A stretch of 64,000 nt of DNA from Lama guanicoe (lineage: Eukaryota), in NCBI GenBank assembly GCA_013239625.1, contig MU056313.1, positions 384,114-448,113 on the forward strand. The letters run 5' to 3'. Both the position numbers and the translations under genes were made by a program. Below are positions 35,091 to 47,995 of the stretch, one piece after another. The notes beneath the pieces are model-generated. The model searched no databases, had not been told where the DNA came from, and saw nothing but the letters and a program-made list of their open reading frames with translations. The first letter of the stretch is position 1, and each line of letters opens with the position of its first letter.

Positions 35091-36004
35091 AAAGAAAGAC
35101 CCTATTCCTTGTAAATATTTATCTTGAGGAGAAAAAAAAAAAGAGACCATTTAAATGACTCAAGCTAACTTTAGAAAATTAGAACTGTTAAGATTCATTC
35201 ATCTTCTGAAACCTTTTTAGAGTTCCTTTTGATGTAAGTTTGTTGGCATCCCTGAATCTTTAAAAAAAAGACACTTTATGCATTGCCTTTAATAACGTGA
35301 TCTGTTTCTGTGGGAAAACTGGTTTGGACCATAGTTACAAGTGTTGACTGATAACCACCTGCAGTGAATGGCCAGTTTGGCTTCCATTCAAGGAGCAGAC
35401 AATAAAAGGAACCAAATTAACGTTTGAAATTCCGCTCATGGAGAAAAGAGGTTAGATGGCGAGCTGCCCTTACAGCTCTCAGTGCCAAGACAGATGGTGG
35501 GAGAGGGAAATAGGCTATGGGACATTCAGTGGAAAAAAGCTCTCTTGCAGAGGCTCAAAGCACTGCCCAACTCTGGCTTTTTGGATTATCTCATATGTGT
35601 TTCCAGTGGATATCACTCTTGGGTCTACACTCATTGCTACTGCTCTTCTTGAGGTGTCCATCTGTCTGGGTATATATATTTAGAAACAAACTAGAAAATG
35701 AGTCGTAACTGCTTAGTTAATGCAGCATCTTAAAATGCTTAGGTCTCATCTTTCCTTGTAGGACTCAGAAAGATAATTCCAATGCCTATTATAATTAATG
35801 GTCTTCATAAAATAAATAATAAGAGAATAAATCAATGATAGTCTGTTTCAGTTTGATTACTGTTCAGAATGTCTAATTAAAGACAATAACTTAAATTACC
35901 AGTAAGGACAAAGGATAGAGCTGAGCTGGACTGTATATATTTTCTACGAGTCGCAGGCAGTTCGTTATATTTATAGTATGGTCTTGGCTTCTGTGAAGCT
36001 TTAC

Positions 36005-36250
36005 TCTTAATTTTCTTGCCTCACTCTCTAGTTAACGTCTCTTCTTTTTCCGTCTTAAACATGTACACTCCTTGAGATTCAGTTGTTGCCCTATTTTTCC
36101 TCTTACACATAGTTCTTCTCAGCACCTTGTTAACTTTCATAGCTTCAAATCACTTCTTTGTGTGTCACTTATACCTGTTTTTCATAATCTCTTTTCTGAA
36201 TTCCAGTCTTGTCTTCTACATATTTTTCTCCATTTTTATATTTATCATTT
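36005..36250 (+). mobile_element. L2 fragment
   Basis: tcatagcttcaaatcacttctttgtg…ctcttttctgaattccagtcttgt. Confidence 0.6.
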
Positions 36251-37782
36251 ATTCTGAAAATTCACTGTCTGTTCTCATTGCTTTATTTTTATAACCACAA
36301 GCACAATAAGCTCGTTTTTATATGACAGTGACTTTCTGAATTTGAGGCCGTATTTGTATAAGGAGACTAGCTTAATGGTCCATGGGCCATCACCTCCTAT
36401 CCCCACCACCACAACAACTTGACAGGATTGTGCCTGGTTTGCAAATTTATTATTAATCTACTTATTTATTTACATCACTTCTTGGCACAGGAATTAGCAA
36501 TGGCTCTGTGATTGCCAGGATCAAACGAAAAGACAACATGATTTCTGTTAATGCATGAACTTGCAGAAATGGTTTTATAATAAAGTACCATTTTTTATTT
36601 TTAATGAAATTTAAATTCACTATTTAAATGAAAATAAGAAATGTTCATTTTTAAGCGTAATGTCAAACATTCTTCAGAATTTTTAAGCACATATTGTTAT
36701 TCACACAAACAAATGGGTGCAGACACACGCCTTCACCCATCTGAACAAATACTTCTTGTTCCCAGAATTCATCTAGTGTTGTTCCAGTGTCCTCATGAAG
36801 TTCCTTCTTTCCTTCTTCCCTACCCTCTCCCTCTCTTTCTGGTTTCCTTCCTTTCTGCTTTTCTTTCCCTTTCCTCTTTCCTTTGTTTATATGTCTAAGA
36901 AGTTCACTCAGATCTGTTACTTAACTACACATTTTTGATCATTGATTTCTTTAAGTGATATTTTTGTTAAGTCACCTGAATATGGTTCATTTGAGGATTC
37001 AGATTTTAAATATTCTAATGTCTAGATAATTTTTAATTTTGTTCTTCAATAAATTGTGTCCTTTAAGAATTTGATAATAACTCAAGCTTTCAAGAACACA
37101 GTATGAATCCAGTTTTCTACTTTCTCCTTTGATCTGTGAATATCAGTTAGCAAAATTATAAACAGTATTTAATGAATGATTTTTATTACAAAAGTCTTAT
37201 ATCCATAAATCAATCTTACACATTTTTAAGTAACTTTGAAACATCACCTTTTAAGCAATGTTGTATTTATGTTATTTCAGTTTTATCTGAAGTTTATTAG
37301 CTGTCAGTTTATAGAGTATTTATAGTGTGGAATATTTCCCTTCCAGAAATTCCTGAAATGTATGCAAAACAGTACTTACCTTCTTGCTGGAGTAATGTCA
37401 ATCTTTTCAACTCCAGTAGTCCGATGTTAATGTTTCGCAAGCAAACTTAGTTAAAGGGCCTCTCCCAAACTATCTAACTCCACCTTAGTAGTCTGTCACC
37501 GCATTCATGGGTGATTAGAGAGACAGTCAACTTCTGATGCTGTGTTGTCTGATACCTTCTCAGGAAACAACTCCAGGATTCTTCTGCTTCAGGTATCATT
37601 TATGTATTACTTCTTCATATTTTAGCATCATTTGGTTCCCAGATTTTTGTATTTCACAGTTCAGTGAAATTTCAAAACAGAAATTGGGATACCAACACCC
37701 AGTTATCTGATTTTTAATTTTTAAAGTTAGTTAAAATTTAAATTCAACAAATTCCTCTCATCTAGCATCACAGTCATTCACT

Positions 37783-37853
37783 CTTTCTCTTTCTTTCTTT
37801 CTTTCTTTCTGTCTATCTGTCTATCTATCTGTCTATCTATCTGGTTGTCTATC
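37783..37853. repeat. Compound (TTTC)n-(TGTC/TATC)n microsatellite
   Basis: ctttctttctttctttctttctgtctatctgtctatctatctgtctatctatc. Confidence 0.9.
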
Positions 37854-38889
37854 TTTATTTTTCGAATTTTACTATAAACTGAAGATCATTGACTCTCCTG
37901 GGAAAAGGGAACTCTCTTTGCTTTCTTTTATATTTATAATTTTTTTCTCACTAGCTGTCTCCTGTTTATTCTTTTTCCAACAAACAATGCCTCACTTTCA
38001 TTCTTCCATGGGAAACTGCCAGTTTGCAGACTTCCTCTCTATCATGCCCCTCATAGTTCCAATTAAAGGGCTTTCATAAATAAACAATCTTAATTAGAAC
38101 TAATTTATCACTGAGAAAATCTCAGTACTTCAACATGCAAAGCAGCTGAAATTGACACAAAATAGGTAACAAGGAATTCTGATGGAATACAATATTCCAG
38201 ACATATTTATTTCTTTGTATTCTGTTGTAACTGTCTCTGTATTCAAAATATATATGCAGAAGAATAAGAATGAAAGCTTCAGTCATTCCAGTGTTCATCA
38301 GTCCATGTTTAAAAAGACCAGTGTTGCCAGATCCTGTGGGATTGTTACGTATACAGACTACCAAATTCAGCTAGCCAGATTATCTCATTGCAGCTTTCTC
38401 CAGTTGCACTGAGATAACCTACTGCAGGAAAATCATGGGTACTTTTCCTTCATTTATTCTTCAGTGATAAATCCAGAGCAGCATTTTACATTTTTCCGTA
38501 AATATGTTATTCACCAAACTAATGGTATAAACTCAGGAGTTACCTCCTTTCTGTCTCTACAGCCCATTTAATATCTCTTAATAGAATGGTGTAGAATGAT
38601 GTAGTCAGGTTATTTGCATATGCTTAGGATGATTAAAAGAGCCTCAGACACTTTGTTTAGTTTTGATTTCATGTGGGAACATTTCCAAGCATCCCTCAAA
38701 GTATTTTTTGTGTACCCTTCTCCTCCAAACCTGGTACTAGATGATGGAAATAAAATGGTAAATAAGACAATTAAGATAACTGCATGGATAATGGTCAAGC
38801 TTATATTTTAGAGAGGGAAATATACAATAAACAAGAAAGCAGGTAGAAAGAAATTAATAGAATTGTTGCTGCTTATGGTGAATTCTTTG

Positions 38890-39165
38890 AAGCCTAATTT
38901 CTGTTGCATGGTAAAGGACAGACTCTTTGCTGTACTGATGTGTAAGCTGAGGTCTGATAGATGAGAAAAAACCAGACATTCTACCTTAGGTGGAGAGAAC
39001 AGGAGGTGAGGAGGTTTTGGATTGAGAAAAAGGGGTAGGAACTGACTAAAGGCCAATGTGACTTGAGATGCTAAGTGCAGGGGAGGGAGAACAGAAATGA
39101 GGCCGGGTAGGGAGTGGGAGGTGGGAGGACTCACTGACCAGGCCTCTCAGGCCAGGAGAGAGTTT
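38890..39165 (-). mobile_element. L2 fragment
   Basis: taagctgaggtctgatagatgag…aggaactgactaaaggccaatgtgacttgag…atgaggccgg. Confidence 0.7.
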
Positions 39166-41199
39166 CCATGTAGGATTTTGCTCATTTCACTGGGCTTATG
39201 ACTGCAGAAACAGTTTCCGGAGAATTAGGCATATTGAATGCCTTTATGTTCACATACGAAGAATAAATGTGTGACTCTATTGAAGAAGAGTGTTTTCATG
39301 CAACAGCAATGTCAGTTCACTGAATTCTGTCCCCAAGAATCACAAATGAGCTTTAAACATGGGTTATTTTCTTGAGGGTTAGTTTACAGGAGCCATCAAA
39401 CCACAGCTGAAACCCTGTTTAATGATCAAGCACAACCTGGACAATTGACTCTTGCTTATGAAAATCCTCATGGATTATTTAAAGAGTTCACACCAGTTTG
39501 TTTAACCACAAAAATGCAAATTATTCTATAGTTTTAGAAATTGTGATTTCTTAAGGGTGTTATTTAAAGAAAAAAAATCATAATAAACAGTGTTTGAAGA
39601 ATTTCTGAGGGTAAGGCATATTCTTTTTCCTTTCTTCCTTCCTTTCTCCCTTCCTTCCTTCCCTCACCACCTTTTTGTAAAATATACTTATGAGAGATTT
39701 ATACTCAGTGAAAAAGCTTCAACATATTAGTAAGATATACTCAGGTAGAAATGGGTGAAATAGTTACGGAATAAAAATCTCTCTCATCAAAACATACTAA
39801 ATGTTGAATAAGAGCCTCCCTGCTCTGCTTTTCTGTTTCCTCACTCCTGGTGCCTTACTTGAACTGTGATAGGAGACACACATTGCCGTGACTCCAGTCT
39901 CCTGGGGCAGTTTTGCAAATATGCACATAATCCTGGTTTACATTCCGCGTTCTCAGAGAATAGCTGAGACTGATTTAACCAACTGGTGTTTATGTCATAC
40001 TATCGAGAGGAGTGAGAAGTGTGTGGTTGATACAAGGTGTGTTTATTGATTTTGTCAAGAATCTGGCACAAAGCCCTATCACTGTGGGTCACCAGACAAT
40101 GAACACTCTCACAGAATTTGGTTCTAAAATCACAATCATAAAGGGAAAGAAATCCTTTTGGAGTTTTGAATTTTCAGTTTGGGAACTTATTAGAAACTCC
40201 TTTCAGCTCTCAAGCCAATATCCTTGCTAAGAAGTTGGGTGGGAGTATCAGACACTAGTTTTCAAATAATTTTTTTTCCTGATTGTATTTGTTAAAAATA
40301 GTTTGAAAATACTCATGTATTATTTCCCCCAGTTTTCTCTTTTTTCTTCCATTGAGTAATTTGAGAACACGCACTTGATTCAAAATATTTTTGCATCTTG
40401 CACGTACAGTGTGACTAAACAACAGATTAGCTGTTTCATTTAGAGTCAGGTAGTTCCCCTGTGTTCAGGTGTAATTGTCACAGGTAAAGGCTGTGCCGTA
40501 AAAAGGGGCATTTAGCATTTAAATTTAACAAGGTAAAGACTGTAGAGACATTCTGTGATCCAACTGACAAATCACTAAGGATTGTTTCCTGGTTAATTAA
40601 GTAGCGATAAAAAGAAACCCAAGAGCTGGGATAAGGAACATTGTATTTCCCTGAGATAGTCATTAGGAAGTGAGGGAGTTCAGGTGAGCATGGAAAAGCT
40701 AGGTGTCTTGGTTCTTAGGCTACTTACTGTATCTGTATGCTACTCCTCTCTCTCTCTCCCCCCTCCCCTATTCTTGAGACCAGTGTAACTCTCACAAGCT
40801 ATGTAATGTAATTTTCTCTCAAAATTTTATGTTGTCCTTCATGTAATAGTCTACTCTATTTCCAAAATTCTACATCGCCTAATACAGAGAATTTAAGAAA
40901 TCTATATATGCTTTCTGTATTTTTTACATACTTAAATGCCTACTCACTTTATCATAAATTATTTCTTTGCGTAAACTATGCTCTGCTGAGTTGTCTTCTG
41001 CTAGCCGGCTTCTAAGGGAGTTGTTTTGTATTTTCTCCTATTTTACAATTATCTATGTTCATAACACTTTATCACACTACACTATGCTTTTTAAACTCAT
41101 GATAACCTCTTTCTGTTCAGTTAGTTCCTCTGTTCTTTTCACCTTTTATCACATTTCCATAGTGTAGCATAATCTTTTAAATAGAAGTGGGGTTTTGCC

Positions 41200-41625
41200 C
41201 CTAACCAATGTAAAACTGTTCTCTGGTTCCGTATTGCTCTTGAGATGACATTCACATGTTTTATCCATCTTGTATGGACTTGCCTATTGTAACTTGTTAT
41301 CTTTCTAGCTGTCTGTCTTTCCATTCCCCACCTCATACTCTAAACTCCAGCTGCACTAAAATGCTCTCAGTTTCTGAACAGATTTTATGGTTATGGATGA
41401 TGGTCATAACTTTCCTCAGTCTGGAATGCAAAATTCAATTATCCATGGACTGCCTGCCATTCTCCCCTTGCAAACATCTCTGACTTGATAATCATGTCTT
41501 GGCTTAGAGCCCTCCTCTTTCAAAAAGCCTTTTCTTTATAAAATTGGGTTAGATATTCTCCTGTGGATGCAGTTAGTCATATACCTTCTCACCTTACCAT
41601 TCATAATACTGCACTCTAATTGTTC
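41200..41625 (+). mobile_element. L2 fragment
   Basis: cctcatactctaaactccagctgcactaaa…ttcctcagtctggaatg…cctcctctttcaaaaagcctttt…tgggttagatattctcc. Confidence 0.7.
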
Positions 41626-41675
41626 ATTTGATATTTCATATGGATTGTGTATAAATATATTGTGTAGATATAGGG

Positions 41676-41676
41676 G

Positions 41677-41710
<34 letters not shown>
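41676..41710. repeat. (TG)n-(TATG)n microsatellite
   Basis: About 12 GT units followed by tatg units. Confidence 0.9.
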
Positions 41711-41711
<1 letters not shown>

Positions 41712-42899
41712 TTTCTTACCGAATGGACGTATATATGAACATTTTTTGTATGACCAAGTTTTTGTCTTGATTTTGTACTTTTGCAATAACTGTTGCACAT
41801 ATTTCCTTGTCAATGAAGGTGTTTCTAAGGAGCATTTCTCCAAGTGTCTTTGGGAATACCAGCTCCATGAGGAATTCTCAGCAAATATTCATCAGTTATA
41901 AATACACAGTGAACAATGGCATACTCAGAATTCCAAAAGATTCTGAAACACAGAAATCATTTTAACTTTCAGAATTTTAAAAATATATTTTATGATAGGG
42001 CCTTTATCTCTTACATGACCAATTATTAGTAGCTTCAGAATAAATTCTGAAACATAGACTTTGAGAAATATTATTCAACATATGTTTTTAAATGTAACTA
42101 AAGAATATTTATTTGTTTTTCACTAAGACTTTATTTGAGGACATAACTAAACTGTGTCACCACCTCTCACCTCAGTTTGAAAAGGGTTAGTACAGTGAAT
42201 GTGATAAAGCAGATGTGAACAGTTTGGAGGATTGGGACCAACATTGACTGACCAAAACCAGCTTCCATCTAAATCATTACAGAAATGTTTTAAGTTAGGA
42301 AAAAAAATTTAAAAAAAAGGATGGAGAGGGCAATGGGGGTTTTCTGATTGAACAAGATCCTCACATTTCATCTAATACATTCAGTCCTGGCTAGAGTATA
42401 CCAAACATGGAAACAGGATTACTGTAATACAAAACTTCCATACAGCGTGATGACACACCTGTATTCCAAGCCCAACCCCATCCCTCTAATGCTTCCAAAC
42501 TCAACTATTTCCCTGTCTGTTGGACCTGTCGACAAAGGCCTGTTATTCAGGCCTTATGTCAGTGTTTCTGTTGTGTGATTATTTCCCCTTGAACAAGGAA
42601 AAGTCTGTATGTTTGCTGACTGATGGGTGGAGAGTCTCCTTGTTTTCCAGTACCTTTTTGTCTCAGCATCCTTTTATCAGATTGGAAGCTGGCAGTTTGA
42701 AGATTTGCAGAATTTCTGTGGTGTTTTCTGTTGTCTAGCAGCCCTTTTCCAAGATGAATCTTCTGAACTGAGGAGGAAATTCTGGTTTCTGCTTCCTTTT
42801 GACTTGCTATCTATCAAACATTTTATTTTCATATTGTTTTCAGTGGTTTTAAGAGCCTCCTCTTATACAAAGTACAAATTAAAAGCTGCAACACAAAGA

Positions 42900-43012
42900 A
42901 TTATATATATATATATAGATGTATACATATATAAGATAACTATGTATGTGTACATATAAACTGTATATCTGTATCCTATCGGTTGTTTCCATGGGGATCC
43001 TAGACTAATACA
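42900..43012 (+). mobile_element. MLT2 (ERVL) LTR 3' end with TA-rich microsatellite
   Basis: (TA)n followed by tatcctatcggttgtttccatggggatcctagactaataca, resembling the MLT2 end tcctattggttctgtttctctggagaaccctgactaataca. Confidence 0.75.
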
Positions 43013-43299
43013 ATGATTATTGGGAAGCTTTTGTTTATTTCAGCTCTCATATTTTTGTGTTACTTAACCCTCCTTGTCTTTGCCTCCTCTTTCCCTGTTT
43101 CATGCCCTATGTTGCAATTATCTGATGTTCTTTACTTAATTTTCCACTCTACTATCCACTCTAAAAAATGGGCAGTCTATTCATATTATTTTATTATTGC
43201 CATTTTATTTAAAAAAACCCAACTTAACATTAACTTTTCTTAACAATGGGAATGTCCATTATAAATTTTTCATACCCTTTAGGGAATTCATAGTGTTAT

Positions 43300-43900
43300 A
43301 ATTACTTTCTTCCATCTCCATTATTTTAGCCAGATATTTTATTTGGCCTTGATTTCATCTCATCAACTTATTTTTTTCTAATTTTTTTAATACTCAGTGC
43401 TGTTTTAGATTTATTATCTTGTTTTTTGTATTTTTGAATAATTTCTTTTTATAATTTACCTTAAGCCTTTCAATCAAGGTCTCTCTATTATTTTAAACAA
43501 GGATCTCTAAATAATAAAGATTTCTACCTTTGAATGTCTGAAAAATAACTTTAGTTCAAACCACTTTTGAAAGTGAGTTTTGAATTGGATTCTGGCATTT
43601 TGAAAATATTCTATACCCACTGTTGTTGATTGATAAGAACTCTATCGAGAGTCTGCTTACTGTTTCTTTATAATGATTTGTTTCTGTCTGTTATTTTTTG
43701 AGATCTTTGTCTTGAATTTTCTGGTCTTATACTTTCTACACTGTGGACAAAAAGCACGTTTAGCCCCTACACCTTTGTACGATACAAGCTCGTACACTAA
43801 TCTTTCATAGGTGGCTCTTTGTCTTATCATATTCTAGTAAAGCATTGATTCATTAAAATCTTGTAAATATTGTCCTATTTTAATTCAAAATATTCATGTT
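43300..43900 (-). mobile_element. Old L1M/HAL1 ORF1-region fragment
   Basis: tttgaatgtctgaaaaataactttagttc…ttttgaaagtgagttt…gcattttgaaaatattct…gtttctttataatgatttgttt. Confidence 0.6.
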
Positions 43901-44419
43901 TGATGTATAGGCAGCAAAATTTATACTTAAGGAAAGTATACTTTTTCCCCATGATTATACTCATAGCAATATTGTTAGAATTGTGATTGGAAATCCAGAT
44001 ACTTGAATCAGAACTCTTTCCACTCAATGAAACTATCTCATTGTTAAGTGATTTGCTTAGACGTTTCTTGCTGATAAGAGTACTGGAAAGATTCAGTAAC
44101 TTTTCTCAACACTGGAGCTAATCCAAAGTAAACAATGAATTATGAATTAAAATTTAATGTAACTCAGTAGAGCTGACATATTTCATTTGTCCCACTGCAG
44201 TTCATTCATTCTATAAACCGTAATATATTAAGTATCTGGTACAATACTAGAAATTGGAAATATGGATATGAATAAAAGACATACTCAAATAGTTGCCAGT
44301 CTACTTAGGAGACAGCTGATAAAAGGGCAACAATATATGTTAGGTAAATGATACTAAATTAAAAATTCAGGGTAAGAATTTTTATATAGCAGCAAGCATT
44401 TAAAAATCTTTTAAAACTT

Positions 44420-45557
44420 TCTTAGTATTTTATTCTCAGGAAACTTTTATGCTCATAAAAGTTACTGAAATAGCTTTTGTTTATATGAATTCTCATATTT
44501 GCTTCTTTATTCAGTATGTTACAGTATGTTTTTTGGATTAAAAATTATGAAGACTATCTGGCTTCACAGAGATACATATTTGGAAATGAGAGAAATACGT
44601 AACTAGACTTTGACGATAATTGGTTTTTTAAATTGACGATCCATTTTAACTGGACAAGTAGTTTCTTAGAATTGCAACGTGGAATCTGAAATCGTATCAG
44701 TGAGTTTTTTTTTAATATTTTTTATTAAAACCCATTGTTCTGTCTTTTACCCATGAATCATCTTGGCAAATATTGGTTCATTCTTTGAATCATGCATATA
44801 CCTCAAATAACAGATTTAATTAAGTACTATCAAAAGTCACATTTATTAAAATCACCACTAACCTCATTAGAGAAGTCTTTACTCTCAAGCCATAAAGCTC
44901 ATTGTCCTAGGGATTCTGATTTTCAATAGAAAGCTTAAATTTTATCATTGGCAACAAATATGTCCATTTTTTCCCTTAAAGTGACAGCTTCACTCTGTTC
45001 ATTTCTGAAAAAAAACTTTTCCAAATACTCAAGTCTGAATAAATATAGTTTTCTGTCAGTCATGGCACTCTGTGATAAAAGTAGTTGGTTCTGCTCACAA
45101 CTCAAATAATGGCCCAAGTGCTTTTCCTCAAGACAGCTATCTTACTTTGCTGTGTTGAGGAGTGTTCTCTGTATATTTTTCATTTCATTACACCCAATAT
45201 TTAAAAAAAAAAAAAGGTGCTCACGGGTTGAGATTTAAATAAATAATTAATTTCTATTTAAATAAATAATTAATTTCTATTTAAGTAAGTAGAAATCACT
45301 ACTTCATCAAGGCATTGAATAAAAAGACTAGTTTTTCCTCTGAGAGTATGATTGTGAGGAATGCAATGACTGCTGGTATGTATTGGTGCCACATACATAC
45401 AGTGGATCTAGGCTAAGGAGACGACAGTTTACCCACCCTTGTTATTGTATGACATGTGCAAATGTGAGCATGCTGAACTTAAGTTTGACCTCATGGACTG
45501 CCTGTCTTGAAGACCTCCTTTGGTCCTCTCATGGACTACAATTTCATAATAAATGCT
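44420..45557 (-). mobile_element. Charlie1a (hAT) DNA transposon with transposase remnant
   Basis: ORF 44935-45117(-) KLYLFRLEYLEKFF…DIFVANDKI resembles Charlie1 transposase KLWLFRLGYLADIF…TVFVANDKI. Also gtgcttttcctcaagacagc (antisense of the LSRGKAL motif), tttgacctcatggac near the end and gcttttgtttatatg near the start. Confidence 0.88.
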
Positions 45558-46068
45558 TAGAAGCAAAGCAATAATATTTTTAAACAGTATTTTTCTCTCG
45601 GTAAAATTCTGGAAGACATTTTTTCTCTTAAAATATTTTTATGTTTTTCTAATGTTCTACTGTAAGTTCATATTAGTTTCATAAAGAAGAACAGAATATC
45701 ATGATTCAGATTCTTGGCTGTAAAATGATAGGCTTCTAAAGAGTTTAATAGAAGACACAACTTTTTTCCCTAAATATGTGAGATATTTGGGCATGTTTTG
45801 GCTGAAAGGAAATAATATGGAAGAGGGTGAGTCTAAAGATACAGGAGAAGATGGGATTATTGACTGAAAAGAGGGTCTCGGTGACACAAGGAGAAGTGAG
45901 ACCAAAGCAAGTAGCCCATTTACACAGACACACCATCGCTCAGGGGCATGGCAAGACAGGTTTTGCTACTTCATTCCTTTTAGGTGGTGTCAGGGTAAAT
46001 AAATGGGCTGAAAGTCCATTGAATATGTATGTCAAAGAGAGAACTGGGGTGTTGGGCAGTCCTTTAAT

Positions 46069-46228
46069 CAGGACAGACTATATGAAGCTTGGGATCTAGT
46101 GCAAAAGGAAAATGAGGAGTCCTTGTTCCAAAATTATTAAGAAATTCAAGAAGATTGGTATGTACAAGGCCCTCCTGAGGACATGTGTCTGGTAGCTACA
46201 ACGATTGTGTTTTCATGGACCTGCACTA
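46069..46228. mobile_element. MER91B-like (hAT-Tip100) MITE
   Basis: tagtgcaaaaggaaaatgaggagtccttgttccaaaattattaagaaattcaaga resembles MER91B cagtgcaaaatgaaaatgcggggccccttgttcaaaaattattaagaatttcaaga. Confidence 0.78.
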
Positions 46229-47524
46229 GTCTAACAGTCTAAAAGTGTTTTAGAGCCACAATTCTAAGTCACAGTGTATTCTACTCCGTGAAAAAATTCA
46301 AATATTTTTCTCCAACAATATAATAACAAATCTTCTAAAACAACAGTGTGTCTGCCAAATATGCGCTGCTTTTTTCTTTAATTTTTGTTTTTTCAGTCTT
46401 TCAGTAAAGTTCAGAAATATTGATGCTTCGTTTGTGGAAATGAAAGTTCAAAGGATCACCCTTTGCAACGAGAACTTCTAAACTTGACATGTTGTGTTTT
46501 GAAGTTTTTTCATTAAATATTTTCTCAATTTCACACTTTTGTAGGTTAGTATTGTCAGTCCTTTGGAATGCGTTTCCAAACGTAACACTGGATATTGTGT
46601 CTTATGACTTAAGTGGTTGTGTGTCACTGAATATCCAGAAGCATAATTTATGAGGGAGTAAGTGTAAGAATTTTCAGAAAATGAAGGCAAGCATATAAAT
46701 TGGTGTTCAATAGTAAATAAACAAGGAAAGTGAATATTAAAATTTATATGAATTTGTATTTTAATCCATACATTGTTCTTTCAACTTGGAAAAATCACTT
46801 TCTGTTTTCTTTTTTCTTTTCCTTAAAAAAAAAAGTAGTTGGAGTCAAGTCATATTGTCTTCTGGTGGATCAGTTATAAAATTTCCTTATTTCTAAGGAC
46901 AGAAAATCAATTCCATGAAACAATGATGAATGAAACAGGATTCTTAAAGTTGATCTCATGCCCTTTTTGTTATGTAATGGGCCACTTTAACTGATGGCAG
47001 GTGTTTCTTTTATAGATACATTTTCTTTAATAAGGGTATTTTTTATTTAAAGTTTTTAGTTTTTAATGACGTTTATTATTTTCTTTCTAATTTTATAAGC
47101 AATACATGTTCATTGCAGATAACCAGAAATACATACAAGGATAAAGTAAAACTTAGTAACATACAAGTTTTTAATACAGTGAAAACTTGGAACAATACCT
47201 GGAGGTTCTTTGAAATGGCATGAGTTTGATGTGTAACTATTTCACAGTAGGCAAAAGTGTTGGATTTCAGAAAGACACCATATTCCAGCACTGTCGAGAT
47301 ACAGTTCTGAGAAATCTCCTTAATATTTTCCTAAGGGCTCTCTATAAAAGCGAACAATACATTTGTGAAATTGATTTTTGGTTTAACTAAAGAAGAGCTT
47401 CATTTACTTCCTCATGTGTGAATGTAACTGTTTTAATTACATTTCATAGGTTTTGGATCATATAACTTATACTAAACCAATAATCAAGCATGGATTGATT
47501 TTTCTAAAGCATTTATTTTTAATT

Positions 47525-47995
47525 AACAAGCATAGTACTTATAAGCATTTCATAAGCATTAACTCATTTAATTCTCACAACATCCCCAGATCGAAGGTAC
47601 TGTTATAATGTCTATTTCACAAATGAAGCCAAAAGAGGCTCAGTGGCAGTGTCCATGGAAGGCAACAATAACTACTCTGTGCTACTGGTATTCAAGATAG
47701 TGTTTAACTTAGCAAGTGACTAAGGGTATAAGAAGAGAAAGGGAGGACTCATACCATTCCCTTTCTGGATATGGTTACTGGTTCTTAGGTTTTTTCACCT
47801 TGGGAAAATATGTTGAGCTATACACTTAAGGTAAGTATAGTCTTCTTTCTTATATTAGCATATACATTATTACACATTATTCTTCAATAAAATGCTGGTG
47901 AAAAAGGAGGTCAAATGTCTTGTTCAGTGCTACACTATTTAGAAATGGTAGGGTCACAATTTGAACCCAGGCTTGTATAGGTTCTTAATCACCAT
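47525..47995 (-). mobile_element. MIR SINE split by an L1ME 3' end
   Basis: cattaactcatttaattctcacaac…tttcacaaatgaag…gaggctcag, then an insert, then gaggtcaaatgtcttgttc…atttgaacccaggc. Confidence 0.8.
47650..47903 (+). mobile_element. L1ME-type 3' terminus
   Basis: ctggatatggttactggtt…ttcaccttgggaaaatatgttgagctatacacttaag…ttattcttcaataaaa. Confidence 0.7.

Noticed and set aside
37374-37450. Strong minus-strand donor AAG|GTAAGT with a short open frame
   Set aside because: No convincing acceptor and an unrecognised peptide.
43748-43775. Resemblance to mitochondrial tRNA-Val (aaaaagcac…tacacct), i.e. a NUMT
   Set aside because: The match is short and gapped with no flanking 12S/16S similarity.
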